Origin: Thermodesulfobacteriota bacterium
Lineage (GTDB): Bacteria; Desulfobacterota_D; UBA1144
Reading direction: 5' to 3'
Assembly: GCA_029246845.1 (NCBI GenBank)
Contig: JAQWMJ010000022.1
Coordinates: 1 to 43,150 of the forward strand
DNA: 43,150 bases
Of the stretch, positions 29,223 through 40,231 are shown one piece after another. The notes under the pieces are model-generated. The model was not told the origin of the DNA and ran no database searches. It was given only the letters and a program-made list of their open reading frames with translations. The position numbers were made by a program, and so were the translations under genes. Position 1 is the first letter of the stretch. Each line of letters begins with the position of its first letter.

Positions 29223-31944
29223 TTTCTTTTATTGCTATTCGTGCAGCTGCTAATCTTGCAATAGGCACTCTAAAAGGTGAGCAGCTGACATAGTCTAGGC
29301 CGATTTCATGACAAAAATCTATAGAGCTTGGGTCCCCCCCATGCTCACCACATATACCGACTTTAAGATTTTTACGAGTCGATTTACCTTTATTAAGACC
29401 TAACTTCATTAATTCTCCAACACCTTCGATATCTATAGAAGTAAAAGGATCTTTATCTAATATTTCAACACTTTTGCCATCTAATTCAACCTTTGTTTCT
29501 AGGTAATGGTTTATAAATTTAGCAGCATCATCTCTAGAGTATGCAAAGACTGTCTGGGTTAAATCGTTTGTTCCAAAAGAAAAGAATTCAGCCTCTTTGG
29601 CAATCTGATCTGCGACCGTTGTAGCTCTGGGAACCTCAATCATTGTCCCGACCATATAAGTAATTTTTTTCTTTCCTAGCACTTCTTTCGCAACTTGGTT
29701 GATGATATCTTTTTGAATCTTAAATTCAGTTACCATTCCAACAAGAGGAATCATGATCTCTGGAACTACTCTAATTTTCTTTTTTGAAACCTCTATGGCA
29801 GCTTCAAATATTGCTCGAGCTTGCATAGAAGTTATCTCAGGCATTGTAATTCCAAGTCTACAGCCTCTAAGGCCTAACATCGGATTAAATTCATGTAACT
29901 CCTCAACTCTATCTAGAAGAGATTTTCTTTCTTCTAATTTCTTCTTATCATTACCCAGCAATTCTAATTCTTTAACCTCTAGCATTAAGTCCTCTCTTTT
30001 AGGTAAAAACTCATGAAGTGGTGGGTCTAGCAGTCTTATAGTGCAAGGAAAACCTTTCATAGTCGTGAACAATCCTACGAAGTCTTCTTTTTGCATTTCT
30101 TGAAGCTTATTCAAATGCCTAATTCTATCTTTGAGATTTGTAGAAAGAATCATGTCTTGCATTATCTTGATTCTATCTTCGGCAAAAAACATGTGTTCAG
30201 TTCTACATAAACCAATACCTTCGGCACCGAATTTAATTGCAACTTCTGCATCACTTGGAACATCGGCATTAGTTCTGATTTTAAGCCTTTTAAAAGTATC
30301 AGCCCATTTTAATATAGTTGAAAATATTAAATGTCTTTCCGAAGAAATTTCTTTCATATTGCCTTGCATAACTTGTATAACTTCAGAGGCTACAACTGGG
30401 ATATCTCCTTTGTAAACCTTCCCTTCAAAGCCATCAATTGATATGAAATCACCTTCTTGTATAACTTCATCGGCAACGGAGAAAGTTCTTGATTCTAAAT
30501 TGACCCTTACTTCTTCAGCTCCAACTACACAAACTTTACCCATCTGCCTTCCGACAACTGCAGCATGGCTAGTTCTACCCCCTCTTGCAGTTAAAAGACC
30601 ACTGGCAGCTGACATTCCATGGATATCGTCAGGGCTAGTTTCTTTAGTAACAAGAACTACCCTCTTTCCTTGTTTGCTCAGTTCAACAGCTGTTTGAGCA
30701 TCAAGTGCCACTTGTCCTGAAGCAGCTCCAGGAGAAGCAGCTAAACCTTTTGTTAGCACATTAAATTTTTTCTTATCATCAGGATCAAATATTGGAAATA
30801 AAAATTGTTCAAGATGTTCAGGTTCGACCCTACTAATAGCCTCTTTCTTTGTAATAAGGCTTTCTTTAACCATATCGCAAGCAATCTTTGCTGCTGCAAT
30901 TCCTGATCTTTTGCCTGACCTGGTTTGAAGCAGATAAAGAACTTCATTCTCAATAGTAAACTCAAAATCTTGCATATCTTTAAAGTGCCTTTCTAAAATC
31001 TTTGCTGTATTAACTATTTGATGATGAACTTTTCCCATCTCTCTTTGCATTGCTTTTATATGCTTAGGAGTTCTAATTCCTGCAACTACATCTTCCCCTT
31101 GAGCATTAAGTAAGTACTCAGCAAACAACTCTTTTTCACCTGAAAGAGGATCCCGAGTAAAACCTACACCAGTACCACAATCTTGTCCCATATTTCCAAA
31201 AACCATTGATTGAACAGTGACTCCAGTTCCTATGTCACTTGAAATACCATATTTTTTTCTGTAAAAAATCGCTCTTTTATTATTCCATGATAAGAAAACC
31301 GCATTAATAGCTTTTACTAGCTGATCAATGGGATCTTGAGGGAAAGATTTTTTAGTTTTAGATTTTACTAATTTTTTATAGTCTTGAACTAGGGACTTTA
31401 GTGCAATCTCATTAAGTTCAATATCATGCTTTACTTTTTTCTTTCTTTTTAATTCCTCTAATTTTTCCTCAAACAAATCTTTACTGACATTGAGAACTAC
31501 ATCAGAGAACATTTGAATAAATCTTCTGTATGCATCCCATGCAAATCTAGGATTTTTAGTTTTTTTAGCCAATCCTGACACAGTTTTGTCGTTCAATCCC
31601 AAATTAAGAATAGTGTCCATCATTCCAGGCATTGAAAACATCGCTCCAGACCTAACAGATACTAGTAATGGATTTTTTATATCTCCAAAACCTTTTTTAG
31701 TCATTTTTTCCAACTTAACCAAGTTAGTTCTAATTTCTTTAGTAATATTAGCCGGTGTTTGTTTTTTATTCTGATAAAACATCGCACATACATTTGTTGA
31801 TATTGTGAAACCGGGAGGAACGTTGATTCCGATCTCTGTCATCTCTGCAAGCCCAGCACCCTTACCACCAAGCACTTCTTTCATTTTTCCGTTACCATCT
31901 GCTTTTTTATTTCCAAAATAAAAAACATTTTTTTTATTCTTCAT
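29215..31944 (-). CDS. ppdK: pyruvate, phosphate dikinase
   Basis: LGGKGAGL, SMPGMMDT, GGRTSHAAVV (phospho-His), GLCRTEHMF, SFGTNDLTQ, GICGEHGG. Confidence 0.98.
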   Translation of the reverse strand: MKNKKNVFYFGNKKADGNGKMKEVLGGKGAGLAEMTEIGINVPPGFTISTNVCAMFYQNKKQTPANITKEIRTNLVKLEKMTKKGFGDIKNPLLVSVRSGAMFSMPGMMDTILNLGLNDKTVSGLAKKTKNPRFAWDAYRRFIQMFSDVVLNVSKDLFEEKLEELKRKKKVKHDIELNEIALKSLVQDYKKLVKSKTKKSFPQDPIDQLVKAINAVFLSWNNKRAIFYRKKYGISSDIGTGVTVQSMVFGNMGQDCGTGVGFTRDPLSGEKELFAEYLLNAQGEDVVAGIRTPKHIKAMQREMGKVHHQIVNTAKILERHFKDMQDFEFTIENEVLYLLQTRSGKRSGIAAAKIACDMVKESLITKKEAISRVEPEHLEQFLFPIFDPDDKKKFNVLTKGLAASPGAASGQVALDAQTAVELSKQGKRVVLVTKETSPDDIHGMSAASGLLTARGGRTSHAAVVGRQMGKVCVVGAEEVRVNLESRTFSVADEVIQEGDFISIDGFEGKVYKGDIPVVASEVIQVMQGNMKEISSERHLIFSTILKWADTFKRLKIRTNADVPSDAEVAIKFGAEGIGLCRTEHMFFAEDRIKIMQDMILSTNLKDRIRHLNKLQEMQKEDFVGLFTTMKGFPCTIRLLDPPLHEFLPKREDLMLEVKELELLGNDKKKLEERKSLLDRVEELHEFNPMLGLRGCRLGITMPEITSMQARAIFEAAIEVSKKKIRVVPEIMIPLVGMVTEFKIQKDIINQVAKEVLGKKKITYMVGTMIEVPRATTVADQIAKEAEFFSFGTNDLTQTVFAYSRDDAAKFINHYLETKVELDGKSVEILDKDPFTSIDIEGVGELMKLGLNKGKSTRKNLKVGICGEHGGDPSSIDFCHEIGLDYVSCSPFRVPIARLAAARIAIKETS

Positions 31945-31958
31945 CCTAAAACCCTCTC

Positions 31959-34052
31959 CTAAATTTCAGACAAGTTTACAAATCTTGAAATTAGATTTTT
32001 TATATTAGTTAATAAATTTATTCTGTTCTGCTTAACTTTAATATTCTTGTCCATAACTAAAACATTTTCAAAAAAGCTGTCTAAATCTGGGGCAATCCCA
32101 ACGATTGCATTTAATGTTGAAGAGGGTGTATTGTTCATTGATTCTTTAGTAAAAGAACCTTTAATTTCACTATATCGATTGTAAAGATTTAACTCAAAAG
32201 AATCATTTAGTAGCTTAGGGTCAACACCTAGACTTGTGTTATTTTTTACTATATTTTTTAATCTTTTATCAGCTTCAATTATAGAATGAGATGAACCTTT
32301 TTTCATAAATCCTTTGATTAAATCTGCTTTATTTTTTAACAATTGAATATCTAAGACATTTGAGTCTATATTTAAAATTGAGTTAATGATGTTCGTTTGA
32401 TATCCCATATCTGAAAGATAATTTTTTACTCTATCGACAAAAAAATCAATAGTTTTATTTCTAGTATCTGCTCCGACCTGTTTCTTAATATTTGCTTCAA
32501 AGCAATCAACAGAAAAATTCAATATTTCAACTAAGTTTATTTGTTTATTCAGCCCCTCAGCAATTCTAATTATACCTATACTATTCCTTCTAAGTCCATA
32601 CGGGTCAGAACTCCCAGTGGGTACGAGTCCTAGACTAAAGCACGCACTTATAGTATCTATTTTATCTGCAATACTTATTACCATTGCTATTTGATTTTCA
32701 GGTATTTTGCCGCTTCTTCCTTTAGGAAGATAATGCTGTTCAATAATTTCGGCTACATACAAGTCTTCATCTTTGTAGTAGTACTTGCCCATAGTCCCCT
32801 GTAGTTCTGGGAATTCACATACCATTTGTGATGATAAATCAGCTTTAATTAGTTTACATGCTATCTTTAGCTTTCTTTCATTGATGAGATCTTCAAAATT
32901 TAACATCTTAACAAGTGCTAAGGATATTTGATAAATTCTCTGTGATTTATCCTCATATGAGCCTCCATTTGCAATAAATGTGGTTGATTCAAGCTTTTTT
33001 TGGATATTTACTAATCTAGAGGTGCAATCCTCATTATAAAAGAATTTAGCGTCATCTAGTCTTGCTCTTATAACTTTCTCATTTCCCGTTACAACTATTT
33101 TTTTATTTAGAAATGGTGATCCAGCGACAAAAATGAACTTGGAATCTAAATTATCCAACTTCTTGTCTTTAAAAACTGGGAAGTATTTCTGATGATTCTT
33201 CATTACCGAGATATTTACTTCTTTGGGTATTTGTAAAAATTCTCTGTCAAAGTTCCCACAAAGTACTTTTGGAAATTCTGTTAGATTGGATACATGACTG
33301 AGAAGTTCTTCGTCAATTGGAATATGTACACCTAATTCTTTTTCAATCTCAAGAATCTGATTATGTATGTTCACTCTTCTGTTTTCAAAGCTAACTTCTA
33401 CATAGCTTCTTTTCATAAATTCAAAATACTCATTGAATGAAAGTATTTTTTTTCCCTTATTATCATAAAATCTGTGTCCATAAACTTTATTTTCATTCTT
33501 AATCCCAAATAAATCGATTTTAAGAAATTTAGAATCAAATAGTAAAAAAAGATTTCTTATTGGTCTAATAAATTGAAATTCACTCTTACCCCATTTCATA
33601 AATTTTTTGTTTTTTATTCCAACAATTGCCTGGTGAGATATCTCAGTTAGAAGCTTGGATGTATTTTGACCTACTATTTTCACATTAGCAGCAATAAATT
33701 CGCTGCCATTCTTCTTAATAATTTCAATATCTTTAATGTTAAGCTTATTTTTCTCTACAAATGCCTGAGCTGGCTTAAGGGGATTTCCATCAGCATCTAA
33801 TGAGATTTTTTTTGGAGGACCAACCATATATTTATTTATATCTTTTTGTTTCTTCTCTAGACCTTCTATCGTAACTATAAGTCTCCTTGGAGTTGAGTAA
33901 GAGCATAGCGAGGAATATGAAATAGAATGCTCATCAATACCTTTTTTAAAGTTATCTTCAAGCTGTTTAGACAACTCATTAACCAATCGAGCAGGCATCT
34001 CTTCTACAAATATTTCTAGTAAAAAGGTTGATAGCTTGCTATTTTGTTTCAT
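31959..34052 (-). CDS. glyS: glycine--tRNA ligase beta subunit
   Basis: [58 protein letters not shown]. Confidence 0.94.
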   Translation of the reverse strand: MKQNSKLSTFLLEIFVEEMPARLVNELSKQLEDNFKKGIDEHSISYSSLCSYSTPRRLIVTIEGLEKKQKDINKYMVGPPKKISLDADGNPLKPAQAFVEKNKLNIKDIEIIKKNGSEFIAANVKIVGQNTSKLLTEISHQAIVGIKNKKFMKWGKSEFQFIRPIRNLFLLFDSKFLKIDLFGIKNENKVYGHRFYDNKGKKILSFNEYFEFMKRSYVEVSFENRRVNIHNQILEIEKELGVHIPIDEELLSHVSNLTEFPKVLCGNFDREFLQIPKEVNISVMKNHQKYFPVFKDKKLDNLDSKFIFVAGSPFLNKKIVVTGNEKVIRARLDDAKFFYNEDCTSRLVNIQKKLESTTFIANGGSYEDKSQRIYQISLALVKMLNFEDLINERKLKIACKLIKADLSSQMVCEFPELQGTMGKYYYKDEDLYVAEIIEQHYLPKGRSGKIPENQIAMVISIADKIDTISACFSLGLVPTGSSDPYGLRRNSIGIIRIAEGLNKQINLVEILNFSVDCFEANIKKQVGADTRNKTIDFFVDRVKNYLSDMGYQTNIINSILNIDSNVLDIQLLKNKADLIKGFMKKGSSHSIIEADKRLKNIVKNNTSLGVDPKLLNDSFELNLYNRYSEIKGSFTKESMNNTPSSTLNAIVGIAPDLDSFFENVLVMDKNIKVKQNRINLLTNIKNLISRFVNLSEI

Positions 34053-34887
34053 ATGTTTTTATATACAAGCCAGCACACGCTTTTGCTAGCTCCCTTATCT
34101 CAAGAATATATCTCGCTCTTTCCGTAACGCTAATACTACCCCTTGCATCTAGGAGATTAAAAAGATGAGAGCATTTCAGGCAGTAATCATAAGCTGGTAG
34201 AGATAGGTTGTTTCTTACAAGACTCTTACATTCTTCTTTAGATTTAATAAAGAAATCCTTCAACATCTCTATATTTGCGATTTCAAAATTATATTTTGAA
34301 AATTCATATTCTGTTCGATGATGTATATCAGAATATTTTATTTTTTCAGACCATTTTAACTCATAGACGCTATCAACTTCTTGAAGATACATAGCTATTC
34401 TTTCAGTTCCATAAGTAATTTCTACCGTCACAGGATTTAAATCAAAACCCCCAGCTTGTTGAAAATAAGTAAACTGTGTTATTTCCATACCGTCTAACCA
34501 TACTTCCCAGCCTAATCCCCAAGCACCGAGAGTAGGGGATTCCCAGTCGTCTTCAACAAATCTTATATCATGTTTCTTGGTGTCTATACCAAGAAAATTC
34601 AAACTTTCTAAGTATAAATCTTGGATATTTTCAATTGAAGGTTTTATTACAACCTGAAATTGATAATAGTGCTGCAATCTGTTGGGATTTTCTCCGTACC
34701 TTCCATCAGTAGGCCTCCTGCAAGGCTCCACATAAGCTGCTGACCATGGGGTCTCGCCTAGGCAACGTAGAAAGGTTCCTGGGTGAAATGTGCCAGCGCC
34801 TTTCTCAAGATCATAAGGCTGAAGTATTACGCAACCTTTATTGGCCCAAAATGTTTGCAAATTAAGGATTATATTTTGAAAGTTCAT
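34039..34887 (-). CDS. glyQ: glycine--tRNA ligase alpha subunit
   Basis: [50 protein letters not shown]. Confidence 0.98.
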   Translation of the reverse strand: MNFQNIILNLQTFWANKGCVILQPYDLEKGAGTFHPGTFLRCLGETPWSAAYVEPCRRPTDGRYGENPNRLQHYYQFQVVIKPSIENIQDLYLESLNFLGIDTKKHDIRFVEDDWESPTLGAWGLGWEVWLDGMEITQFTYFQQAGGFDLNPVTVEITYGTERIAMYLQEVDSVYELKWSEKIKYSDIHHRTEYEFSKYNFEIANIEMLKDFFIKSKEECKSLVRNNLSLPAYDYCLKCSHLFNLLDARGSISVTERARYILEIRELAKACAGLYIKTYETK

Positions 34888-34905
34888 AAAAACTAAATAG
34901 TAGCA

Positions 34906-36237
34906 TTAAACTAAATCTAATTCTATTTGATTTGTATTTTTTATTTCAAGAATACATTGCCTTGAAGATTCCTTTATCTTTTCAATATTCTTTTTGGGTT
35001 TTTTAACATCGAATAGCCCAAGGTTTATATTCATTGGTTGAATCTTCTTGTTTGATGGATCAGATATATACTTCGTTAGACACCCCAGAGCGCTTTTTAT
35101 TGGAAAAATAATTGGCTCCTTATTTTTAAAAATTCTTGAAGAGTTAATTCCTGCAACCAAACCCATAGCCGATGACTCAGAATATCCTTCAACGCCGGTA
35201 ATCTGGCCTGCAAAAAATAATAGTGGATTCTTATTACTTTGTAGGGTATTTGAGATAACACCTGGTGAATTAATATAAGTATTTCTATGGATGCTACCAA
35301 ATCTGAGAAATTCAGCATTATTAAGAGCAGGAATTTTGGAGAGAACTTCTTTTTGGTCCTTGATTTTCATTTTGGTTTGAAAGCCAACAATATTCCACAT
35401 GCTTTCATGAGAGTTTTCTTTTCTGAGCTGTACAACAGAATATGGTCTGTTCCCAGTTTTAGGATCTATAAGTCCAACAGGCTTCATGGGACCGAATCTT
35501 AATGTGTCAACTCCCCTTTCAGCCATAACTTCAATTGGTAGACATCCCTCGAAGTAATTAGGTTTCTCAAAATTATGAAATTCTATTTTTTCTGATTCTA
35601 TTAAAGTTTTATAAAACAATGCGTACTCTTTTTCATTTAATGGACAGTTTATATAGTCTCCTTCGCTTTCTTCATATCTAGAGGCTCTAAAAAAATGTGC
35701 ATCATCAAGACTTTCGTATGAAATAATTGGCGAAATAGAATCATAAAATGACAAGTTTTCTTTTCCTATAAAGTCTTCAATACTTTTTGATAAACCTGGA
35801 CTTGTTAATGGTCCGGTTGCAATAATTAGAGGAGAGTTTAGTTCTTCAGGCAATAAAAGTATCTCGTCATTAATGATTTCAATCAGTGGATTGGTTTTAA
35901 TTTCGTTAGTTATATAATTTGAAAATTGTTCTCTGTCTACAGCCAAAGCTCCTCCAGCAGGCAATTTAGATTTATGTGCAGCTTTAATAATTAGTGAATC
36001 TAGCTCTAGCATTTCAAGCTTTAAAATTCCTGAAGCCTTCTCAGGAGAGGTCGATTTAAGTGAGTTACTACAGACTAATTCTGCAAGATTGTTAGATTTG
36101 TGAGCAGGGGTAAACTTTTTTGGTTTCATTTCGTAGAGCTTAACTTTAATATTATTCTTTGAGATTTGATATGCAGCTTCACAACCTGCCAAACCACCAC
36201 CTACTATAATTATTCCGTCAAAATTTTTTGTTTTCAG
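34906..36237 (-). CDS. trmFO: folate/FAD-dependent tRNA m5U54 methyltransferase; probable CTG start at 36237
   Basis: In-frame IIIVGGGLAGCEAA (FAD GxGxxG) lies upstream of the ORF-track start; ELVCSNS, FEGCLPIE, RFGPMKPVGL, HRNTY, AGQITGVEGY. Confidence 0.95.
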   Translation of the reverse strand: MKTKNFDGIIIVGGGLAGCEAAYQISKNNIKVKLYEMKPKKFTPAHKSNNLAELVCSNSLKSTSPEKASGILKLEMLELDSLIIKAAHKSKLPAGGALAVDREQFSNYITNEIKTNPLIEIINDEILLLPEELNSPLIIATGPLTSPGLSKSIEDFIGKENLSFYDSISPIISYESLDDAHFFRASRYEESEGDYINCPLNEKEYALFYKTLIESEKIEFHNFEKPNYFEGCLPIEVMAERGVDTLRFGPMKPVGLIDPKTGNRPYSVVQLRKENSHESMWNIVGFQTKMKIKDQKEVLSKIPALNNAEFLRFGSIHRNTYINSPGVISNTLQSNKNPLLFFAGQITGVEGYSESSAMGLVAGINSSRIFKNKEPIIFPIKSALGCLTKYISDPSNKKIQPMNINLGLFDVKKPKKNIEKIKESSRQCILEIKNTNQIELDLV

Positions 36238-37538
36238 GTTGGCTCACCTATAAAAGAATTTTGAAAAGCCTCCTTCTTTGTAATGTCAAGTATCTCGCCG
36301 ATTGACTCTTTGTTTATATTCTTGATATACACGGCTTTATTTTGCGAAGTTCTTCCAAAGAATTCGTTTGGATTATTTTTACTTTCACTTTCTACTAAAA
36401 CTTTATAACTTTTATTGACTTGCTTGAGGTTATTTTCTAATGAGATTTCTCTTTGTCTCGATTGAAGCTTGTGGAGCCTATCGAGGGCGACATCCTCATT
36501 AACATGGGAATCCATTAATTCTCCAGGGGTCCCAGGTCTGATTGAGTATTTAAAGGAATAGATTGTATCAAATTTTATATCTTCAATAAGCTTCATTGTT
36601 TCTTCAAAGTCTTTACTAGATTCGTCAGAAAAGCCTATTATTATATCAGTAGAGAGACTTAAATCTGGTATAGCATCCCTAAGTTTTGATATACTATCTC
36701 TATACCATTCGACACTATAAGCTCTTTTCATTTGCTTTAAGATTCTGTTTGATCCTGATTGTACAGGCAAGTGCAGCTGACGACAGACTTTTGTATTGTT
36801 CTTCATCGAATCTACCATTTTAGATGTTATATCTCTGGGAAAAGAGGTCGTAAATCTAATCCTTTCTAAACCGTCCAGCTCTTGCAGATAGTCCAAAAGG
36901 TTGTAAAACCTTTCTCCTTCATATTTCCATGAATTAACTGTTTGACCTATATAAGTAAGTTCTTTTGCACCCTGGTTAATTAAAAGTCTAGATTCTTCTA
37001 ATATTTCTTTTAAAGGCCTATTTATTTCGCTTCCTCTAACTGTTGGAACGATACAGTATGCACACTTTTTATTGCATCCCTGTTGAATCGAAACAAAACC
37101 GTTTACTTTCCCGCTTTTATGATAAGGGCTAAATTTAAAGACTTCTTCTACATCCATTGATGTATTAATTTTTCTATGGCTTGATGATTGTTTTATATCA
37201 AAAACTAAATCTCTTAATTTAGGGATTTCTCTAGGCCCTATAACAAAGTCTAAGTGAGGAATCTGCTTGATAAGCTTTTTCCCATAAAGTTGAGCAACAC
37301 ATCCTGCCATACCAATTATTAAATCAGGATTCTTAATTTTTAGTTTTTTATACTTACCCACAGCACTTACTGCTTTGTGATCTGCTTTTTCCCTAATTGC
37401 ACATGTATTAACAATTATTATATCTGCCTCACTTGGATCTTTAACTGGATTTGCTGATAAGGAATTTATAATCCTATCTGAGTCATATTCATTCATTTGA
37501 CATCCATATGTTTCCACAAATATCGATAATTTTTCCAC
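36234..37538 (-). CDS. miaB: tRNA-i6A37 methylthiotransferase (radical SAM); start GTG 37538 or TTG 37544
   Basis: TYGCQMN, NTCAIRE, GCVAQ, CNKKCAYC (CxxxCxxC), HLPVQSGS, YSIRPGT and a TRAM domain. Confidence 0.96.
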   Translation of the reverse strand: MEKLSIFVETYGCQMNEYDSDRIINSLSANPVKDPSEADIIIVNTCAIREKADHKAVSAVGKYKKLKIKNPDLIIGMAGCVAQLYGKKLIKQIPHLDFVIGPREIPKLRDLVFDIKQSSSHRKINTSMDVEEVFKFSPYHKSGKVNGFVSIQQGCNKKCAYCIVPTVRGSEINRPLKEILEESRLLINQGAKELTYIGQTVNSWKYEGERFYNLLDYLQELDGLERIRFTTSFPRDITSKMVDSMKNNTKVCRQLHLPVQSGSNRILKQMKRAYSVEWYRDSISKLRDAIPDLSLSTDIIIGFSDESSKDFEETMKLIEDIKFDTIYSFKYSIRPGTPGELMDSHVNEDVALDRLHKLQSRQREISLENNLKQVNKSYKVLVESESKNNPNEFFGRTSQNKAVYIKNINKESIGEILDITKKEAFQNSFIGEPT

Positions 37539-37544
37539 AATCAA

Positions 37545-37572
37545 ATTTTAACAATCTTTCTTTCTTTATCAA
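37545..37572 (-). promoter_or_regulatory. sigma70-type promoter of the miaB operon, possibly leaderless
   Basis: Minus strand reads TTGATA-N16-TAAAAT, with an extended -10 TG, 6 nt before the GTG. Confidence 0.55.
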
Positions 37573-37591
37573 TAGCCAATAACTCTGAATA

Positions 37592-37620
37592 TTGACTAAT
37601 AAATTTTAATTTAGTAAGCT
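37592..37620 (+). promoter_or_regulatory. sigma70-type promoter of the MFS gene
   Basis: TTGACT-N17-TAAGCT, followed by the RBS AGGGAG at 37631-37636. Confidence 0.6.
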
Positions 37621-37643
37621 TTTTATCCTAAGGGAGAAGTTTT

Positions 37644-38987
37644 ATTTTAAATTGGACTCAAGACATCAATTCAAAGCAATGGAAAACTTTTATTGCTGCT
37701 TTCTTTGGTTGGACATTAGATGCAATGGATTTGCTGCTATATGTATTTGCTTTTAGGTTTATTGCTCAAACTTTTGATATATCTGGTCCCCAAGCAGCCC
37801 TTCTCTTTAGTATTACATTAGCCTCTTCCGCATTAGGTGGGATGGTTTTTGGAGTAATTTCAGATTATGTAGGTAGAGTTAAGGCCCTAACTTATTCAAT
37901 TTTAATATATTCCCTTTTTACAATGCTCTCAGCTTTTGCTCCCAATATTCTATTTTTTGTAATTTGTAGATTTTTATTAGGTCTTGGAATGGGAGGAGAG
38001 TGGGCTTCCGGTGAAATCTTAGTAGCAGAAAGTTGGCCTAAAGAGCATAGAGGAAAAGTTGTTGGTATGGTGCAAAGTGGATGGGGATTTGGATTTATTT
38101 TCGCTGCATTACTAGCTACATTCGTCTTGCCTATAGATACTTTTAATTTAAATCAGATTCCTTTTGTTACTACTGACTTTCCTGTTGAAAGTTGGAGAGT
38201 GTTGTTCTTCCTAGGAGTTCTTCCTGCTTTCTTAGTATTTTATGTTAGAAGGGTCTGTGAAGAGCCTGAAGTTTGGAAAAAATCCGCTGAAGCTAGAAAG
38301 CACACTAAGCAAGAATTCACTTTCTTTGAAATTTTTAAATCAGACGAAATAAGACCAATGGTTATTAAGGCTACTTTGCTAACTAGCTTCTGTATGCTTT
38401 CATACTGGGGACTGAGCTATTTTGTTCCCAATTATCTCGCTAGTCCTATTTCTGAAGGAGGGGCAGGCTTAGGTATAGTCAAAGGATTTGGCTTTACCAT
38501 ACCTTTGAATATTGGCGCAATAATAGGTTGCATTTCTTTTGGACTAATTAGCGATAAAATTGGGCGTAAAACTACTTTTGGAATGTATTTAATTATTGTA
38601 GCTCTTCTCGTACCCGTTTTTGGAAACATAGTTACGATTCAGCAATTTTTAGGGTTCATATCCTTAGAGGCTTTAATTTTAATTCTAGCTCCTTTGTTAG
38701 GTTTTTTTGCTACTGGTTTTTATTCAGGTTTTGGTGCAATATTTGCAGAAATTTTCCCTACAAGAGCCAGAGGAACAGCTCAAGGCTTTAGTTACAATGT
38801 TGGAAGAGGAGCCTCTGCCATAGCTCCACCACTTTTTGCTTTTATAGCTGTGAGTTCATTTGCCTTCTTGTTTAATGGGGAGATTATTGGAAACGGTAGA
38901 GCTTTAATGACAGCTTCAATCTTTGCAGTTTGTGCTTTTGTTGTACTTCTTACTCTTCCAGAAACTAAAGGTAAAGATTTAGACTAA
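37644..38987 (+). CDS. MFS transporter (SHS/AAHS-like carboxylate symporter); probable ATT start at 37644
   Basis: Upstream in-frame TM1 KQWKTFIAAFFGWTLDAMD, motif A GVISDYVGRV, GLGMGGEW, ESWP..HRG, EIFPTRARG, LPETKG. Confidence 0.88.
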   Translation: MLNWTQDINSKQWKTFIAAFFGWTLDAMDLLLYVFAFRFIAQTFDISGPQAALLFSITLASSALGGMVFGVISDYVGRVKALTYSILIYSLFTMLSAFAPNILFFVICRFLLGLGMGGEWASGEILVAESWPKEHRGKVVGMVQSGWGFGFIFAALLATFVLPIDTFNLNQIPFVTTDFPVESWRVLFFLGVLPAFLVFYVRRVCEEPEVWKKSAEARKHTKQEFTFFEIFKSDEIRPMVIKATLLTSFCMLSYWGLSYFVPNYLASPISEGGAGLGIVKGFGFTIPLNIGAIIGCISFGLISDKIGRKTTFGMYLIIVALLVPVFGNIVTIQQFLGFISLEALILILAPLLGFFATGFYSGFGAIFAEIFPTRARGTAQGFSYNVGRGASAIAPPLFAFIAVSSFAFLFNGEIIGNGRALMTASIFAVCAFVVLLTLPETKGKDLD

Positions 38988-39037
38988 CCCCCCCCTTGAT
39001 CATATTTTCGCCATAATTTGATATAATTTAACCTTTA

Positions 39038-39053
39038 TGGTACAAAGATTGCA
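39038..39053 (+). promoter_or_regulatory. sigma54 (-24/-12) promoter of the porin gene
   Basis: TGGTAC-AAAGA-TTGCA, with correct GG-N10-GC spacing, upstream of the AAGGAGG RBS. Confidence 0.7.
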
Positions 39054-39089
39054 ATATAATAATTATATTAAACGCACAAGGAGGTAATT

Positions 39090-40217
39090 ATGCGTAATCT
39101 AATAATTATAGCATTTGCTTTTGTTTTATTTTTGAACAGCTCAAATACATTTGCTAAGGATGGATCTTCTGAAATTCCATTAGTTTTTTCAGGTTTTGTC
39201 CACACAGCCACAACCTATAATTTAGGTGATAATGAAGATGAAGAAAACAATTATCATACTTTTAGTAATGATGATTATACTATGACTCCTTCTGCACAGA
39301 TTGGAGTATCAAATGATTTTTTTGTCATAGATATACTAATGGGTGGTATAGCTCAAGATTTAGCTACTGACTATGGCGATAATGGGCACCATATGTTCCT
39401 TCATCAGGCATATGGAATTTTGCCGGTTGGAGACTGGAAAGCAATGGTTGGACATTTTGATACCATGCTGGGAAATGAAGTTATTAATCCAGCTGATAAT
39501 CCAAACATTACAAGAAGTTTTCTTTTTGGTTATACAATAAACTTTCAAAATACTGGCGTAAGAGCAATGATAGAGCCAGGTGTAGAATTTATTGATGAAT
39601 TTTATATCGGAGTTGGAAATGGTTGGGATACCATATATGATGAAGGTGAAAACCAAGAAAAGACTTTTGAAGCCGCTTTTGGTTCAACTTTTGGTGACAC
39701 TTCATTGTTTGTAGCAATGAATTATGGTCAGGAAACTGATGAAAAAACTAGACAAACTTATACTGCAGTCTTAGGCGTACCTCTTACAACTTCTTTATCC
39801 TTAACTCTGAATGGAGTTATGGGAAGGGGTGAGGAAGAAGGAGCTTATACTTCTACTAGAACAGGAGTTGCTGATGACGCAGAATGGTATGGATATGGTT
39901 CATATTTAACATATAGTCACGATAGTACGAAGTCAGTTACAGCCAGATATGAATATCTTAAAGATCCAGGTGGATCTAGGTTAGGGTTTTCTAGCACAGC
40001 CAGAGATCCTTGGGACGAGTCCAAAGATGAAGCAGAGTTGAGAAGTTTTACAATTACCCCTCAACTTCTAATTGGCGACTATGGAACTTTAAGAGCTGAG
40101 TATAGGCTTGATATGGCAAACCATCGAGTGTTTCAAAAACAGTACGGTATCCACAATGGTCAAGCACAGAAGAAGACTCAGGATACAATCTCTGTTCAAT
40201 ATATAGTAGCTTTCTAA
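39090..40217 (+). CDS. outer-membrane beta-barrel porin (OmpL/BBP2-like)
   Basis: Signal peptide, LHQAY, GHFDTMLG.E, N.NITRSFLF, NGWD, ARYEY, LRAEYRLD and terminal Phe; strong RBS and its own terminator. Confidence 0.8.
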   Translation: MRNLIIIAFAFVLFLNSSNTFAKDGSSEIPLVFSGFVHTATTYNLGDNEDEENNYHTFSNDDYTMTPSAQIGVSNDFFVIDILMGGIAQDLATDYGDNGHHMFLHQAYGILPVGDWKAMVGHFDTMLGNEVINPADNPNITRSFLFGYTINFQNTGVRAMIEPGVEFIDEFYIGVGNGWDTIYDEGENQEKTFEAAFGSTFGDTSLFVAMNYGQETDEKTRQTYTAVLGVPLTTSLSLTLNGVMGRGEEEGAYTSTRTGVADDAEWYGYGSYLTYSHDSTKSVTARYEYLKDPGGSRLGFSSTARDPWDESKDEAELRSFTITPQLLIGDYGTLRAEYRLDMANHRVFQKQYGIHNGQAQKKTQDTISVQYIVAF

Positions 40218-40231
40218 ATTCCTTTATTTAT

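Noticed and set aside
38988..38995. C8 homopolymer after the MFS stop as a phase-variation tract
   Set aside because: Short, intergenic and not within an identifiable promoter spacer; no evidence of length variation from one sequence
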